Of a DNA stretch of 64,000 bases, positions 25,220 through 38,292 are shown in pieces; within the stretch, counting starts at the first letter, position 1, and each line of letters opens with the position of its first letter. Origin of the DNA: Octopus sinensis (lineage: Eukaryota); the NCBI RefSeq assembly GCF_006345805.1, contig NC_043002.1, positions 2,170,001 through 2,234,000 on the forward strand, written 5' to 3'. The notes under the pieces were generated by a model. That model was not told where the DNA came from, made no database searches, and saw only the letters and a list, made by a program, of their open reading frames with translations. The position numbers were made by a program, and so were the translations under genes.

Positions 25220-25383
25220 GTGAGGTACGTCCAGCTCCTGTGTGTTGGGAAGATTTGATCCAGTAGCTGATTTTTCAATCAGAATTTGGTTCAATTTTCG
25301 GGTACGTGGTCTTTGTAATCCGCGCGACGACCATTGCGGGTTTTAGTTTGATTTGTTGACATTGAAGCATGACGAGCTTCCAT

Positions 25384-25462
25384 ACTTACATTAGGAGATG
25401 GATCTGTCATTTTAGGGTTCTCTACACGTAAGCATTGCTCGTAGCGCAGCCTCTTAAGGCTA
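25384..25462 (-). other. Highly degenerate PLE pseudo-LTR (hammerhead relic, ATG, splice donor)
   Basis: CTTAAGA-GGCTGC..GCAATGC-TTACGTGTA, then ATGACAGATCCATCTCCTAAT|GTAAGT. Confidence 0.35.
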
Positions 25463-26442
25463 GCAGATCTGTATTCGTCTGTATTTTTTTGTTGGTAGTT
25501 TTATCTCCGAACATTTTTTTCCTCCTTCTCTTCCTTTTTTCCTCTCTCTTTCTCCCTATCCCCTTCTTCCCCTTTTTCCTTCCTTCTTTTCCCTTCCTCT
25601 TCTACACTTATAAAAGGCTCACTCTGTCTGTATTAGTTCGAAATAATGAGAATAAAATACGGAAAAAGAAAAGAAAAAAAAGGGATCTGTCAGTTATTAT
25701 TGTTATTACTATCACCATCACCACCATCAACATCATCATCATCATCAACATCACCATCATCATCATCAATGATATTGTTTTATGTGTAGTCATAGCCACC
25801 ATCATCACCACTACTGCCATTGCGTGGGGAAATAGTTGGTTAAAGAGGTCATGTTCTATGGGTCTATAAATAGATTCAGCAGATGGTGGAGACATTAATG
25901 GTCAGTAAAAGGTCAAACCTGTTTACAGTTATTTATTTTTTCTTTCTCTTTTCTTCTTTTCCACATACATATGTATATGTATATGTATACTCACACTCAC
26001 ATATAATCTGATGTTAACGTGGATGATATTTAAAATTTCTGAATTCAATGTTATGTATATATTTTTTAAATTTCTGAATACAGTTGTATGTATATATTAG
26101 CAGGTGCTTACTTCCATAATTTTTTATCGTGCATTTAATTGTGTTGTTACAATAAAAGGTAATATAAAAGGCAATTTTACACATTCTTATAGTCAGGAGA
26201 GACGACTAAATGTTCACACAAAATTGGAGATATTTATGTTTCTAAGTTTTCTTGTTAGGTGTACGTTTGTATGAGCTGTAGATATGTAAGTTCCTTAACT
26301 TATTTTGAGGGAAATTCAAATTACACACAGAAAACAGTAGATCTTCCAGTTTTCTACAGTTGTTTTTTTCAGTTGTCCTGCCGGGTTAGCTGTTGCCATT
26401 ATTATTATTATTATTATTTTATTATCATCATCATCATCATCA

Positions 26443-26489
<47 letters not shown>

Positions 26490-26514
26490 CCATCGCCATC
26501 ACCATCACCATCAC

Positions 26515-26571
<57 letters not shown>

Positions 26572-26642
26572 TATTATTATTATTATTATTATTATATTAT
26601 TATTATTATTATTATCATTATTTTTATTATTATTATTATTAT

Positions 26643-27189
26643 GTGAGAGAGCAGTGCATGCCATCAAAGTGACACTGGGGCAAAATATACGAAGCCCAGC
26701 ATACCCATCATGACTACCCGTCTGATAAGGGTACACCAGGCACATGCATCACAACCATATGTGTGCGACATGGTGATCTCATATCAAGATAAACAGCACA
26801 TGATCTTGCAGGTGGGGCCCAGTTAGAATTTTCTTCAGGTCGAGTAGCCCATCCTGCTCAAAAGGTCCCTGAATAAGGGTTGCTTTAGGATGTTGAACGA
26901 AACACCTATGTTTCCAGAGGGGAATTATTCAAACTCCAAAGAATCCCTCTCAACACATGGCTATGATGCTCCCCCACTACTTCTGCTCGCGATCAGAGAT
27001 GCACGTATCGTCAGCCACTAAGGGACATGCTCAACTGGTTAAGGTCAAACAACTGACAAGCAAAACTGTGGTATTGAGCAGAATATTTGCTGTAGCCCAT
27101 CTTTTATACCAAGACAAAACAATGTACATGATAACACTTCCAATCAGTTAAGATCAGAAGCCATGAGAGCCACTGCCTGGTACTGCATC
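26643..27189 (-). mobile_element. ~550 bp non-coding interspersed element with (AAT)n tail (copy 1)
   Basis: Highly similar to 60630-61114; embedded in (ATT)n; no ORF. Confidence 0.85.
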
Positions 27190-27239
<50 letters not shown>

Positions 27240-27273
27240 TATTATTATTATATTATTATTATTATTATTATTA

Positions 27274-27319
<46 letters not shown>

Positions 27320-27322
<3 letters not shown>

Positions 27323-28380
27323 TAGTTTTATTTTTATAGCGTGCTTTCACTTCACTACCGAGCGCAGCTCTGTGTGCCTTGGGTATGTGCTGTGATTTGT
27401 TGTGATGCTCTGATGGTTATTGTATGGAAAGTGTTCTGCGTAGGATGTGTGCAGTGCCTAGTAGTGCAATTTTTGTATGTTATATGTGTTTGTAAGTCCT
27501 GGTGTTTTTGTTATGTATTTATCTGAATATTTTTTATCATGCCTAATGCACCTACTATGATAGGAATTGTTTCTGTTTTCAGATTCCACATTCTAGTTAC
27601 CTCTATTTCCAGGTCTTTGTATTTTGAGTGTTTCTCCATTTCTTTTAGAGACACTTTGTCATCTGCCGGTATTGATACATCAATTAGAAAGCATTTGTTT
27701 TTCTTCATGATCTCTGACAACTATATCTGGTCTGTTGGCCTTAATTTCTCTATCTGTGTGTATCGGCATATCCCAGAGTATGGTTGCTTTCTCGTTTTCT
27801 GTGACCTTTTCTGGTGCGTGCCTATACCATCTTTTTTCTGTTGTTATTCCATAATGTTGGCATAGCTTCCAATGTATGTAGGTTCCAACTCTGTCATGTC
27901 TGTGAATATATTCCTTCTTAGCCAGGACTGGGCAGCTAGAGATAATATGATTTATTGTTTCTTGTCCATCTCCACATATTCTGCAGTTACTTGTAATATT
28001 TCTTTTCATTACATGTTTTTGGTAATTTCTGGTGGGGAGGCTTTGGTCTTGTGCTGCAATTAAAAATCCCTCTGTTTCTGCTTTGAGTCCTGAGCTTCTC
28101 AACCATTGCTGGGATTTTTGTTTGTCTATTTCTTTTGCGTTTAGTTTAGTGCAGTATTTACCACGAAGGGGCTTTTCTTGCCATCGTTTTATCATGGTTC
28201 GTTGTTATTCTATTTTTAGTTTGGATTTCATTTGTTTTATAGCTTTTGTTGTTTCTTCATCATCTTCTTGTTCTTCTTCATGTTTATTAGGTGGTATGAT
28301 TTCTTGTTTGTATTTGTCAGCTTCCTTAAATACTGAGAACAGTTTTTTGTTTTGCTCGTGTTTTGCTGCTATCTGGATCA

Positions 28381-28381
<1 letters not shown>
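27320..28381 (-). mobile_element. R4/Dong RLE LINE, family 2, 5'-truncated
   Basis: QQWLRSSGLKAETEGFLIAAQDQ, CRICGDGQETINHIISSC (CCHC), RHD, RPDIVV; (AAT)n tail. Confidence 0.93.
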
Positions 28382-28460
<79 letters not shown>

Positions 28461-28488
28461 CATCATCATTATTATTATTATTATTATT

Positions 28489-29809
28489 CTATGTTTGACT
28501 TTTGCTTTATATTTCTACAAGTTGGCTCCAAGTCTAACCCAGAGACCCCAAGAGACAACAGGTTGGAAGTTCATGTTGGTGTTATGCCTAGGGAGCCATA
28601 TATTTGGTTTTGTATTTAGGGTTGTACTAGTGAATGTCTAAAAAGAACAAAAAACGAAAATTATGTTTGTTTTAAAACTTGAGATTACATAGAAAATATT
28701 TTGCGTAGGATATGAGCAGTTCCCATGAGCACTATCTTTTGAAATACTGCCATTTTGGGGTTTCCTGGTATCTGAGCTAGGTAGCAATCACCCCCTTTCG
28801 CTATCATTCCCAGGGCACCTATGACAACAGGTATTGTTTTAGATTTCAGGTTCCACATTTTGCTGATTTCTACTTCAAGATCTTTATATTTGCTCAGTTT
28901 TTGGTAGGTCTTGACATATACGTTTATATCGATTGAGATAGTCACATCAATGAGGAGGCATGTTCTTTGTCTGAAGTCTTTCGATATGATGTCTGGCCTA
29001 TTTGCATCTATCTTTCTGTCAGTTTGAATGGGGGAAGTTCCTGATGAGTGAGATGTGGTCATTTTCAAGCACTGGAGGTGGTTTGGATTCCCACCAGTTT
29101 TTTTCATCGGGCAAATCCAGGTTTTTGCAGATTACCCAGTGAATATATTGTGCAGCTCTATGATGCCTGTTGAGGTACTCTGTAGGCGCTAGAAGACAGC
29201 ACTTGGAGACAACATGATCAATGGCTTCATTTTGTTGTTGACATACACGACATGTTGGGCTACTGCTGTTCTTTAATATGTTGGCCTGGTAGTTCCTTGT
29301 TGGTAGGCATTGATCTTGAGCTACTATAATAAACCCTTGTGTTTCAGATTTTAAGCCAGAGGCCATTAGCCATTGATGGGTCAGGGCTTTGTCAATATCT
29401 GCATTATTCGCTCTCTTTGGGTATTTGCCATAGAGAGGTTTTTCTTGCCATTTATCATTCAGAATATCTAAGGCAGCAGTTTTAGCACGGGTTTTCATGT
29501 GTTTAGCTTTTTCTGTGCTTGTTTCTTGTATGTCTATCTCTAATTCCGAAATTTGTTGTATTTGGAATTCACTTAGATATTCCTTTGCCTATTTTGTTAC
29601 TGAATATGATGCTTTCTTGTTTTCATATTTTGAGACAAGTTTTAACATCCAGTCCTCAGACTTTTTTCAGGTAGGTGTCTTGGCCAATTGTAGCAATCTT
29701 CATTATTGCCAATTGTAAAAGTCCACGACCTTCCTCTTTTCTTGGCAGATAAAGTTGTTCTATATCTGCCTTAGGGTGGTGCATTCTACGCATTGTCAAC
29801 AGTTTTCGT
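28489..29809 (-). mobile_element. R4/Dong RLE LINE, family 3, 5'-truncated
   Basis: HQWLMASGLKSETQGFII, CRVCQQQNEAIDHVVSKC, RPDIISKD, YKDLEVEI; (AAT)n at both ends. Confidence 0.93.
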
Positions 29810-29838
29810 ATATTATTATTATTATTATTATTATTATA

Positions 29839-29935
<97 letters not shown>

Positions 29936-29936
<1 letters not shown>

Positions 29937-32857
29937 TTTTTTTTCTTCTTTCAAATTTTCTTCCATTTCTTGCCGAGTGTCTTCCCGACTCCTAGGGCAA
30001 AGAAACTCATAGTGTATATTGGTAGGCCATTAAACCAAACTCAGTAGTTCGTTCATTTTTTTTTTTTTTTTTTTTTAAGTTAAACTAAAATACATGAGCA
30101 GCAACAGTTCTCACATCGACAATGCTCTTCTCAATACGTGTGATGTACCAGTTAAGACAATCTTTTGCACTTCTTGCAGGGATGGTAAGCCAGGGATCAT
30201 TCTCATATAATTTGCGGTTCCCTTCTTGATCATTCCTAGTGCTCCTACGATCACTGGTATTGTAACCGCCTTGAGATGCCACATTTTCTCAATTTCAATG
30301 AGTAGGTCTTTATATTTTCTGAGCTTGTCAAACTCTTTCGCTGAGATATTATGATCACAGGGGATGCTCATGTCGATCAATAAGCAAACTTTATTGTTTT
30401 GGTCTTTCACAACAATATCTGGTTTATTGGCCTTGATGGTTCGGTCTGTATGTACTGGAAAGTCCCACAGAATGGTTACATTTTCTCCTTCAGTTACAGC
30501 CTCAGGGTGGTGATTATACCACTTGTCGGCAGATTTGATATTGTAATGCCGACTTATTAGCCAGTGGAGATATTGGCCAACTCTGTCATGTCTTAATTTA
30601 TACTCCACTGGTGCTAAGACTTTACATCCAGAGATTAGGTGGTCCACTGTTTCAATCATGTCGTTGCAGAATCGGCATTTTGGGTCTGCTCCATTTTTCA
30701 TCACATTGGCCTGGTAGTTCCGGGTTAATAGGCTTTGGTCTTGAGCAGCCAGGATGAAACCTTCGCTCTCTGCTTTTAGCCCTGAGCTCCGCAGCCACTG
30801 ATGGGTTTGCTTCTGGTCAACATCAGCTTGTTTGCTGCGGGTCACATATTTGCCGTGCAGAGGTTTCTCCTCCCACCTATCAGCCAATTGCTCGTGCGCT
30901 TTTTTCATTGCCATCATTTTCACCTTCTTTGCAACAATAGTTGCCGTACTTCCCTCGGGTTGTTTAGTTTGGGTATCCTGCACGAGATCAATAGCAAATT
31001 TTTTGCTTTCCTTGATGATAGAATGAAGCTTCTTTCGTCTCTCGTGATTTTCCACGAGCTTTAGCATCCAGTCATTCGATATTTCGAGATATTTGGCCAG
31101 TCCAATTGTGGTTGTTTTGTAAGCTAGTTCAAATTGGATCAGGCCTCGACCTCCTTGGGCTCTGGGAAGGTAAAGGCGATCTACGTCTGCCTTTGGGTGG
31201 TGCATCCTATTACAACTCAGCAGCTTGCGTATTTTTCTATCTATATTCTTTACTTCACTCATATTCCAGTTCAACACATTGTAGCTATAAGTAACAACTG
31301 GAACTGCTAAGGAATTTATAGCTAACACCTTGTTACGTGCATTTAGTTCAGATTTCAGGACTGCACGAACTCTCCTATAACATTCCTTCCTGATTTTCTC
31401 TTTCATGCTTGCATGCTGAATACCAGAGCCTTCATTTATCCCTAAATATTTGTATGTCTGTTCTTGCTCAAGCTCTCTTATGACTGTGTCAACATCTAAC
31501 ACGACTGAATTGTGGTCTTCACTTTCCCTTTCTGGAAAGTGGCCTTGGCACACTTCTCAAGTCCAAACTCCATCCCGATGTCATCGCTGAATGCTTTCAC
31601 GGTGCGCAATAGGCCTTCAAGTTCATTATTGTCTTTACCATAAAGTTTTAAGTCATCCATATAAAATAGATGGCTTATTTTTTTATTGGCAATTTTATAC
31701 CCATACCCTGTTCTGTTTAATTCACTTGTAAGGGGTATTAGGGCTATGCAGAATATTAAAGGTGAAAGTGAGTCACCTTGAAAAATTCCACAGTTGATGT
31801 TATATTTTCTGAGGCAAGTACTCCATTAGAGTGGTATAATTGGAGATTCGTATTCCACAACGACATATTGTGCTTCAGGAAGTTTGAAATCACAGGGGAA
31901 ATTTTAAAGATGTCCAGCGATCTCAAGATCCATGGATGCGGTATACTGTCGAAGGCCTTTTTATAGTCAATCCATGCGGTGCTGAGATTTCTGCGCTTGT
32001 TGTGACCGTTCTCAAGGATCATACGATTGATTAGCAGTTGATCTTTGCATCCGTAAGAGCCTCGGCGGCACCCTTTTTGTTCAATGGGGAAAATATCGTT
32101 CTTCTCCATGAATGCATATGTTTTCTCCGCCAGGATATATGTTAGGATTTTATACGTGGTGGATAGACAGGTTATAGGCCGATAGTTTTTTTGGAAGGTT
32201 GGTTTCGTTATTCTTTGGGAGTAGGTAAGTAATGCCACTTGCTAACCATTCAGGTGTTTTCTTTGGGTCTCTCAAAATTCCATTGAGCAGCTGAACTAGC
32301 TTACCGTGTGCGCACGGGAGCGATGCGAGCCAGAAATTCGGTACCCTATCTTTACCGGGGGATTTCCAATTATGGGCCTTCGTGAGTGCCTTTCTTAGGT
32401 CTGCTATTATGATGTCTTCCCATGCTTGTTGTTGTAAATTTGGGAGGGGGGTCTTTAACGGTTACTTTCTCCTTCCCTATTTCTCTGTAGAATTTTTTGG
32501 CATTGGATGTGAACAGCTTATTTTGCTTGTAAAACTTGTTTCTCTTCTCAAATCTTCGTATTCTTTGGGCTTTTGCTTGGACTTTTTCTTTCAGCGTTTC
32601 TTTTATTGATATCAGTTCTTCTCTTGGTGAGGATCCAGATTTTCTCTTCATCTTTCTTCCTGTTCTGGATCTTACATCATTTCCACATATTAGTTCATTT
32701 AATATTGATATTTCCCCTCTCATAAATTCAATCTCTTTTTCAATTTTACTTCTCCAGGTTTGATTTCTTCCCAGGTTTTGTTTTCTTTGTTTTTTCGGGG
32801 GCATTCAGCTGGTTTCAATTGCCCTAGCAGAAGCGTAAATAATTTCATTTAACTCTC
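29936..32857 (-). mobile_element. R4/Dong RLE LINE, family 1, 2.9 kb with RT, zinc knuckle and RLE
   Basis: ORFs 31756-32238 (YRPITCL, QKGCR, WIDYKKAFDS) and 30111-31553 (YKYLG, CRFC..ETVDHLISGC, RHD, KPD); HLFYMDD near 31660; a few frameshifts. Confidence 0.95.
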
Positions 32858-33185
32858 TAAAAGAAATGGAGAAACTCTCAAAATACAAAGACCTGGAAAT
32901 AGAGGTAACTAGAATGTGGAATCTGAAAACAGAAACAATTCCTATCATAGTAGGTGCATTAGGCATGATAAAAAAATATTCAGATAAATACATAACAAAA
33001 ACACCAGGACTTACAAACACATATAACATACAGAAAATTGCACTACTAGGCACTGCACACATCCTACGCAGAACACTTTCCATACAATAACCATCAGAGC
33101 ATCACAAAAAATCACAGCACATACCCAATGCACACAGAGCTGCGCTCGGTAGTGAAGTGAAAGCACGCTATAAAAATAAAACTAA

Positions 33186-33187
<2 letters not shown>
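32854..33187 (+). mobile_element. R4/Dong family 2 3' end, inverted
   Basis: SLKEMEKLSKYKDLEIE..LRRTLSIQ*, 3' UTR matching 27320-27410, (AAT)n tail 33188-33255. Confidence 0.92.
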
Positions 33188-33255
<68 letters not shown>

Positions 33256-33257
<2 letters not shown>

Positions 33258-33960
33258 CGTTGTCATCTGCCGGTATCGATACATCAATTAGAAAGCATTT
33301 TTTTTCTTCATGATCTCTGACAACTATATCTGGTCTGTTGGCCTTAATTTCTCTATCTGTGTGTATCGGCATATCCCAGAGTATGTTTGCTTTCTCGTTT
33401 TCTGTGACCTTTTCTGGTGTGTGCCTATACCATCTTTTTTCTGTTGTTATTCCATAATGTTGGCATAGCCTCTAATGTATGTAGGTTCCAACTCTGTCAT
33501 GTCTGTGAATATATTCCTTCTTAGCCAGGACTGGGCAGCTAGAGATAATATGATTTCTGTGAAGTATGCGTGTAAGATAGAAATGTATTCCTCACGTGTC
33601 CATTTACGTCTTTTGGGTTTTATTTGCGGGACATAAGGTACAACGTCCGGCCCATTATTTTGACGGTCGTCATTTTCGTAGGGTACCGGTCCGTTTATTT
33701 CTGTTGTCACATTATTTCGCACGTGTAGTTTTTCGTACATTTTTTGTTGTAAGTTTAATGTACGTACCGTTCGATTGTTATTCTTGGGTTGAATAGTATC
33801 GGTGGCATTTAATTTCTTCGTAGTTCGTTTGTACATGGTGTTTGGGGTCGGGGATGATCGTGATGTTCCACGCATGTTTACATGTGTTGTGTTAGAGGTG
33901 GAGAAGCTATCGAGTCAAAATACATAATTTCGTTTCGAAAATAGTAATAAATTTCAATTA
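33256..33960 (-). mobile_element. R4/Dong element: 5' end fused to RLE region by a large internal deletion
   Basis: N-terminal RRKWTREEYISILHAYFT joins at ~33556 to HIISSC..RHD..RPDIVV..IPADDNV. Confidence 0.8.
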
Positions 33961-34116
33961 GTATTACTTACTCGGATACAGTCCAATTCTTTGTTAGTAA
34001 ATCTTTGGCTCCATAGGATGTCCTTGTTTTCGATGTTTGTGGATAGATTTTGGAGCTCTGTATTTTCCTTCTTACATCTTAAACGTCCCCGGTGTTCTCT
34101 TCTCTTAAACGTCCCC

Positions 34117-34183
<67 letters not shown>

Positions 34184-34247
34184 CATCATCATCATCATTA
34201 TCATCATCATCTTTGCCTTTGCACATCTTTTAACGCTGGAGTTGTAC

Positions 34248-34303
<56 letters not shown>

Positions 34304-34454
34304 CTTCCACCCTTCCGAAATCTATAGAATAAAGTGCTAGTCTAAAGTCTAAATTCTGGGATCGATGATGACAATGTTGAGCGACTGCTTGGAAAAAGTA
34401 GGGCGAATTAGAGGACGGACCTGACAGCATACGGAAGAAGTTGAGGGACAGTAG

Positions 34455-35135
34455 AAATTAGGAGGGGCATCTTCCAAGGGGACTGCCTATCCTCACTGAT
34501 CTATGTACTATGCTTGATACCACTGACACTGCTTCTGAGGAAAGCAAAAGCTGGGTATGTATTTAAAAGCCGCCAACAAAAAGGCAACCATTTGTTATTC
34601 ATGGATGACCTCAAACTTTATGGTAAAGATGAAGCGCAAGTCAGTTCCCTCGTTGATACGGAGTAGACCTTCAGTGCTGATATCAGAATGGAGTTTGGAC
34701 TGAGAAAGTGTGGTGTGTTAGTCGTGAAGAGAGGTAAAATCAAATGTATGGACGGGCTAAGGATACCGTCGGGGGAGGTTATGAAGCAGATAGAAGAGAC
34801 GGGATATGAGTACTTGGGGATTTGGGAAATGGATAAAATCACGGAGAAAGAAATGACAGAAAACTTTAAGATGGAGTACTTACGCAGACTGAGACTGATT
34901 CTTAAGTCGAAATTAAACGGATGGAATAAGATGGAAGCTATCAACACCTGGGTGGTTTCACTCCTTAGATATGAAGCAAGGGTAAACGCATGGACAGTAG
35001 ACAAACTAAACAGCTTAGACAGAAAGACAAGGAAGTTGCTAACTAGAAATGGGTCACTCCACCCAAAACGTGACACAGGCAGTCTGTATGTACCAAGAAA
35101 AAGAGGGGGAAGATGTTTGGATGCAAACATAGCAT
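34455..35135 (+). mobile_element. R4/Dong RT fragment, family 4
   Basis: GDCLSSL..NHLLFMDDLKLYGK..MEFGLRKC..YEYLG..LHPKRD..LYVPRKRGGR. Confidence 0.9.
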
Positions 35136-35429
35136 GGTATGTAAAAATGCCACATAATAATAGTGTCAATTATTGTTGGGTCCTTAGGGAGAGTATCAGA
35201 AGGCATCAAGAGGAATATAAAGGAAATCGGAATACAGAGTCCAGTAGAACTGTTACAAAAGGTTTACCTCCTTGGTACGGCCAGAATAATCAGGAAAGTA
35301 TTAGAGAGCTGAAAAGAACAGAAAGCACGGTACCGTAGGCAGTAGGCAGTAGGAACGCTACGTACGAAAGACTCCAGGAGTTCCAACGAAACCGGAAATA
35401 AAAAGAAGTAAAAATAAAAACGATTTCAA

Positions 35430-35632
35430 ATTTTGTCAGAAGGTCAGCAATTTCGGAGGAGAGGGTAAGTCAATTACATCGACCCCAGTACACAACTGGT
35501 ACTTAATTTTATCAACCCTGAAAGGATGAAAGGCAAAGTCGACCTGGGCGGAATTTGAACTCAGAACGTGAAGACGGATGAAATGCCATTCGGCATTTTG
35601 CCCAGCGTACTAACAATTCTGCCAGCTCCCTG
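35430..35632 (-). mobile_element. tRNA-derived SINE (third family)
   Basis: GAGTTCAAATTCC B box, then GTCGACTTTGCCTTTCATCCTTTC..GATAAAATTAAGTACC core; relatives at 46.6-46.9 kb and 54.0-54.1 kb. Confidence 0.8.
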
Positions 35633-35734
35633 CACTAGTAATAATGATAATGAAAGAAATAATAACAATAATGACAACAAGAATACTAATAATAATAATG
35701 TTAAAACGTTATTACGTTAAAACGCTAATATCAC

Positions 35735-36900
35735 ACAAGATAAAAAGAATTGGGATAAGAGAATCACCTGAAACACAGCCATATAAATACTTAGATGTCT
35801 AATGAAGAGCGTATATCACATGGCTACGAAAGAAAGGATTAGGAAGGATTATACAAAAAGTAGACTAATATTCGAAACAGAGATAAATGCAAACACTATG
35901 ACGACATGAATACTCTTGTTGTCTGCGTAATATGTTAGTCTTTTCAATTGGACACAAAACCAACTCGGTTATAATCTAGACAGGAAAACAAGGAATATAA
36001 TAACTACCTAAAGTCTGACATTTAAAATTAATATTTACCACAAATGTAAGGCGATGGAGAGTTTATGCTATTACAAAACTATTACAAAGTATCTATTTTA
36101 GGACTTGGAAAGTATTCAGTAAAGAAATATGAACAATTAAAATACGAATAGGGACAACAAATACAAAACAAAAGTTGCCAATAGCAAAGAACTGCATAAG
36201 ACAATGGAGAAACAAGGACAGAAGTTGCCAAGCAGATAAAATCTAAACTAGAGCTGAGACTACAGAATGACAAATTAAAATGATGAGAAACGCAGGAATG
36301 AAGAAGAGACTGGAATTTTTTGACGGCATCCTCTCCATCAGAATCCACCAAAACAATATAAGGAAGTAGACTACAAGATATGTGTGAAAATAAAGATGGA
36401 GGAAGAAGGCGCTTTATGTATGGCTACCCTGTCTTAGCCTGGAAGGAATACAGCCACAGACACGACAGAGTTAGGACTTAGACGGGAAGATATGCCAACA
36501 TAATGAAATGGCAGATTCAAAGACCAGAAAAAGTCTTCAGGAATAGCAAAGCAACGAAACTGTCGAATATAACAATACACACCGACAGAGATCAAGGATA
36601 ACTGACCAGATATTGTTGTCAAGAATTGAAAGAAAAGAAATACCTTATGATTACCAAATCCATCTCAACAGATGATAATTTTTCTCAAAACTAGCAAGAG
36701 AAATTATCAACAAATAAAGATAAACCGAATACGGGGCATCGGAAGAGAAATAATCTCAATAACAGATGTTTTAGGAATGATGAAAAGAAAAGATGCTGAC
36801 AAATACATAACTACAACTTCAGGACAACACCGAGAGAAGGCAGAACTGCGAGACACAGAAGAGAAAATGTGCGATGGGTAAATGGAAGGAAAGCAAAACA
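35735..36900 (+). mobile_element. Old degenerate R4/Dong element, family 5
   Basis: YKYL, LDRKTR, KWQ, HRHDRV, PDIVVK and ITTTSG remnants through many stops and frameshifts. Confidence 0.75.
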
Positions 36901-37321
36901 AAGGCGAAGCAAAGAAGCACAGCACATAACCGAGACATACAGACATTCGCTTGATAGTGTAGCGAAAGGCATCCGAAGAAGGACGATGGCGAAGATGTCG
37001 ATGATGACGACGACGATCATGATAATGATGATGATGATGATTCATAATGATAACAACAACAACAATTACAACAATTTTAAGGATTATAAAGCAACAGAAA
37101 TACAGCACAATGAAGTTTACTGCAGAAGACAAAAATTAAGAGGCTTATTTATAGCAAAACAATCTGCTAACAATTGATGCATACACTTGCGCACGCATGC
37201 GCACACACACACACACGCTCCAGAATGATGCAACCATATGTGTATGTGTGTGTTATAAAGACCAATATATATGTGTATATACATGTATGCATATATATAT
37301 ATATATAAATACATAAGTATA

Positions 37322-37352
<31 letters not shown>

Positions 37353-37659
37353 GCATATATGAGAATGACTATCCGTGTGTATGTGTATACACGCATCTAT
37401 CAATTGATTTAGACTTTCCTTTTGTGTTTAAATAATATATAAACTTTATATTTTATTTCTTTTGCCATCTTATTTTATATACTTTTTAATACTAAGCGTA
37501 CTACTATGAATATCTTTGATATACATGTGTGTGTATGTGTGTGCGTATGTGTGCGTGTGTGTATGTGTGTGTGTATGTGTGTGTGTGTGTGTGTTAAATA
37601 AAATAAGATAAGAGAGCCAATGCAATTTGATATTCTTAGGACATTTATAAATAGAAAGG

Positions 37660-37712
37660 TTGTCTTACAGCTGTTTCAGGGAAATAAATTATATCCCATC
37701 ATATGATACGAG
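37660..37712 (-). ncRNA. Degenerate hammerhead (core mutated)
   Basis: ..AUGAUG-GGA..UCCCU-GAAA-CAGCUGUA|AGAC; palindrome ACAGCUGU intact, CUGAUGA not intact. Confidence 0.4.
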
Positions 37713-37740
37713 TTAAAAGAGCTTCAATGGAAGGAATTAG

Positions 37741-38021
37741 TAGAGTTAATACAGTTCTATATTGAAGAGATGAGGAATTATTCACATTATTTACATTTGA
37801 TAGATATTTTGTCCTCATCTTGTTTGTTGTTAATACAACGTTTCAGCTGATATACCCTCCAGCCTTCATCAGGTGTCTTGGGGAAATTTTGAACCTGGGT
37901 TCTCATTTCGATGTTGTTGCTGTTGTTATTATTATTATTATTGTTGTTGTTGTTCAGGTCACTGCTTGGTATCCAACTCGGAATCTTGGGGTTAGTAGCC
38001 CGCGCTTTTAACCACTACGCC
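37741..38021 (-). mobile_element. tRNA-headed, hammerhead-containing short element (copy A)
   Basis: Head GGCGTAGTGGTTAAAAGCGCGGGCTACTAACCCCAAGATTCCGAGTTGGATACC, AAC/AAT spacer, hammerhead at 37832-37877. Confidence 0.8.
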
Positions 38022-38220
38022 AATTCCAGGCAGTGACCTGAACAATAAAAATTATGATAACATCGAAAAATACCTTAGGAACGAGAACCCAGGTTCGAAA
38101 TTTCCCTAAGACACCTGATGAAGGCTGGAGGGTATATCAGCCGAAACGTTGTGTTAACAACAAACAAGATGAGGACAAATATCCGTCAAATGTAAATAAA
38201 GTAAATAATGTAAATAATAG
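38022..38220 (+). mobile_element. Same element, inverted 5'-truncated copy B
   Basis: Starts within the B box (AATTCCAGGCAGTGACC), head-to-head with copy A. Confidence 0.85.
38110..38155 (+). ncRNA. Type I minimal hammerhead, canonical core
   Basis: GACAC-CUGAUGA-A-GGCUG(GAGGGUAUAU)CAGCC-GAAA-CGUU|GUGUU; palindrome AACGUU. Confidence 0.8.
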
Positions 38221-38258
38221 TAGAGTTAATCCTTTTAGAAGTTACTCTGGAGAGGGAG

Positions 38259-38292
<34 letters not shown>

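Noticed and set aside
27130-27189. Faint resemblance of the 550 bp element end to 5S rRNA or U2 snRNA
   Set aside because: Only short scattered matches, on the strand opposite the inferred element polarity; not distinguishable from chance by eye.
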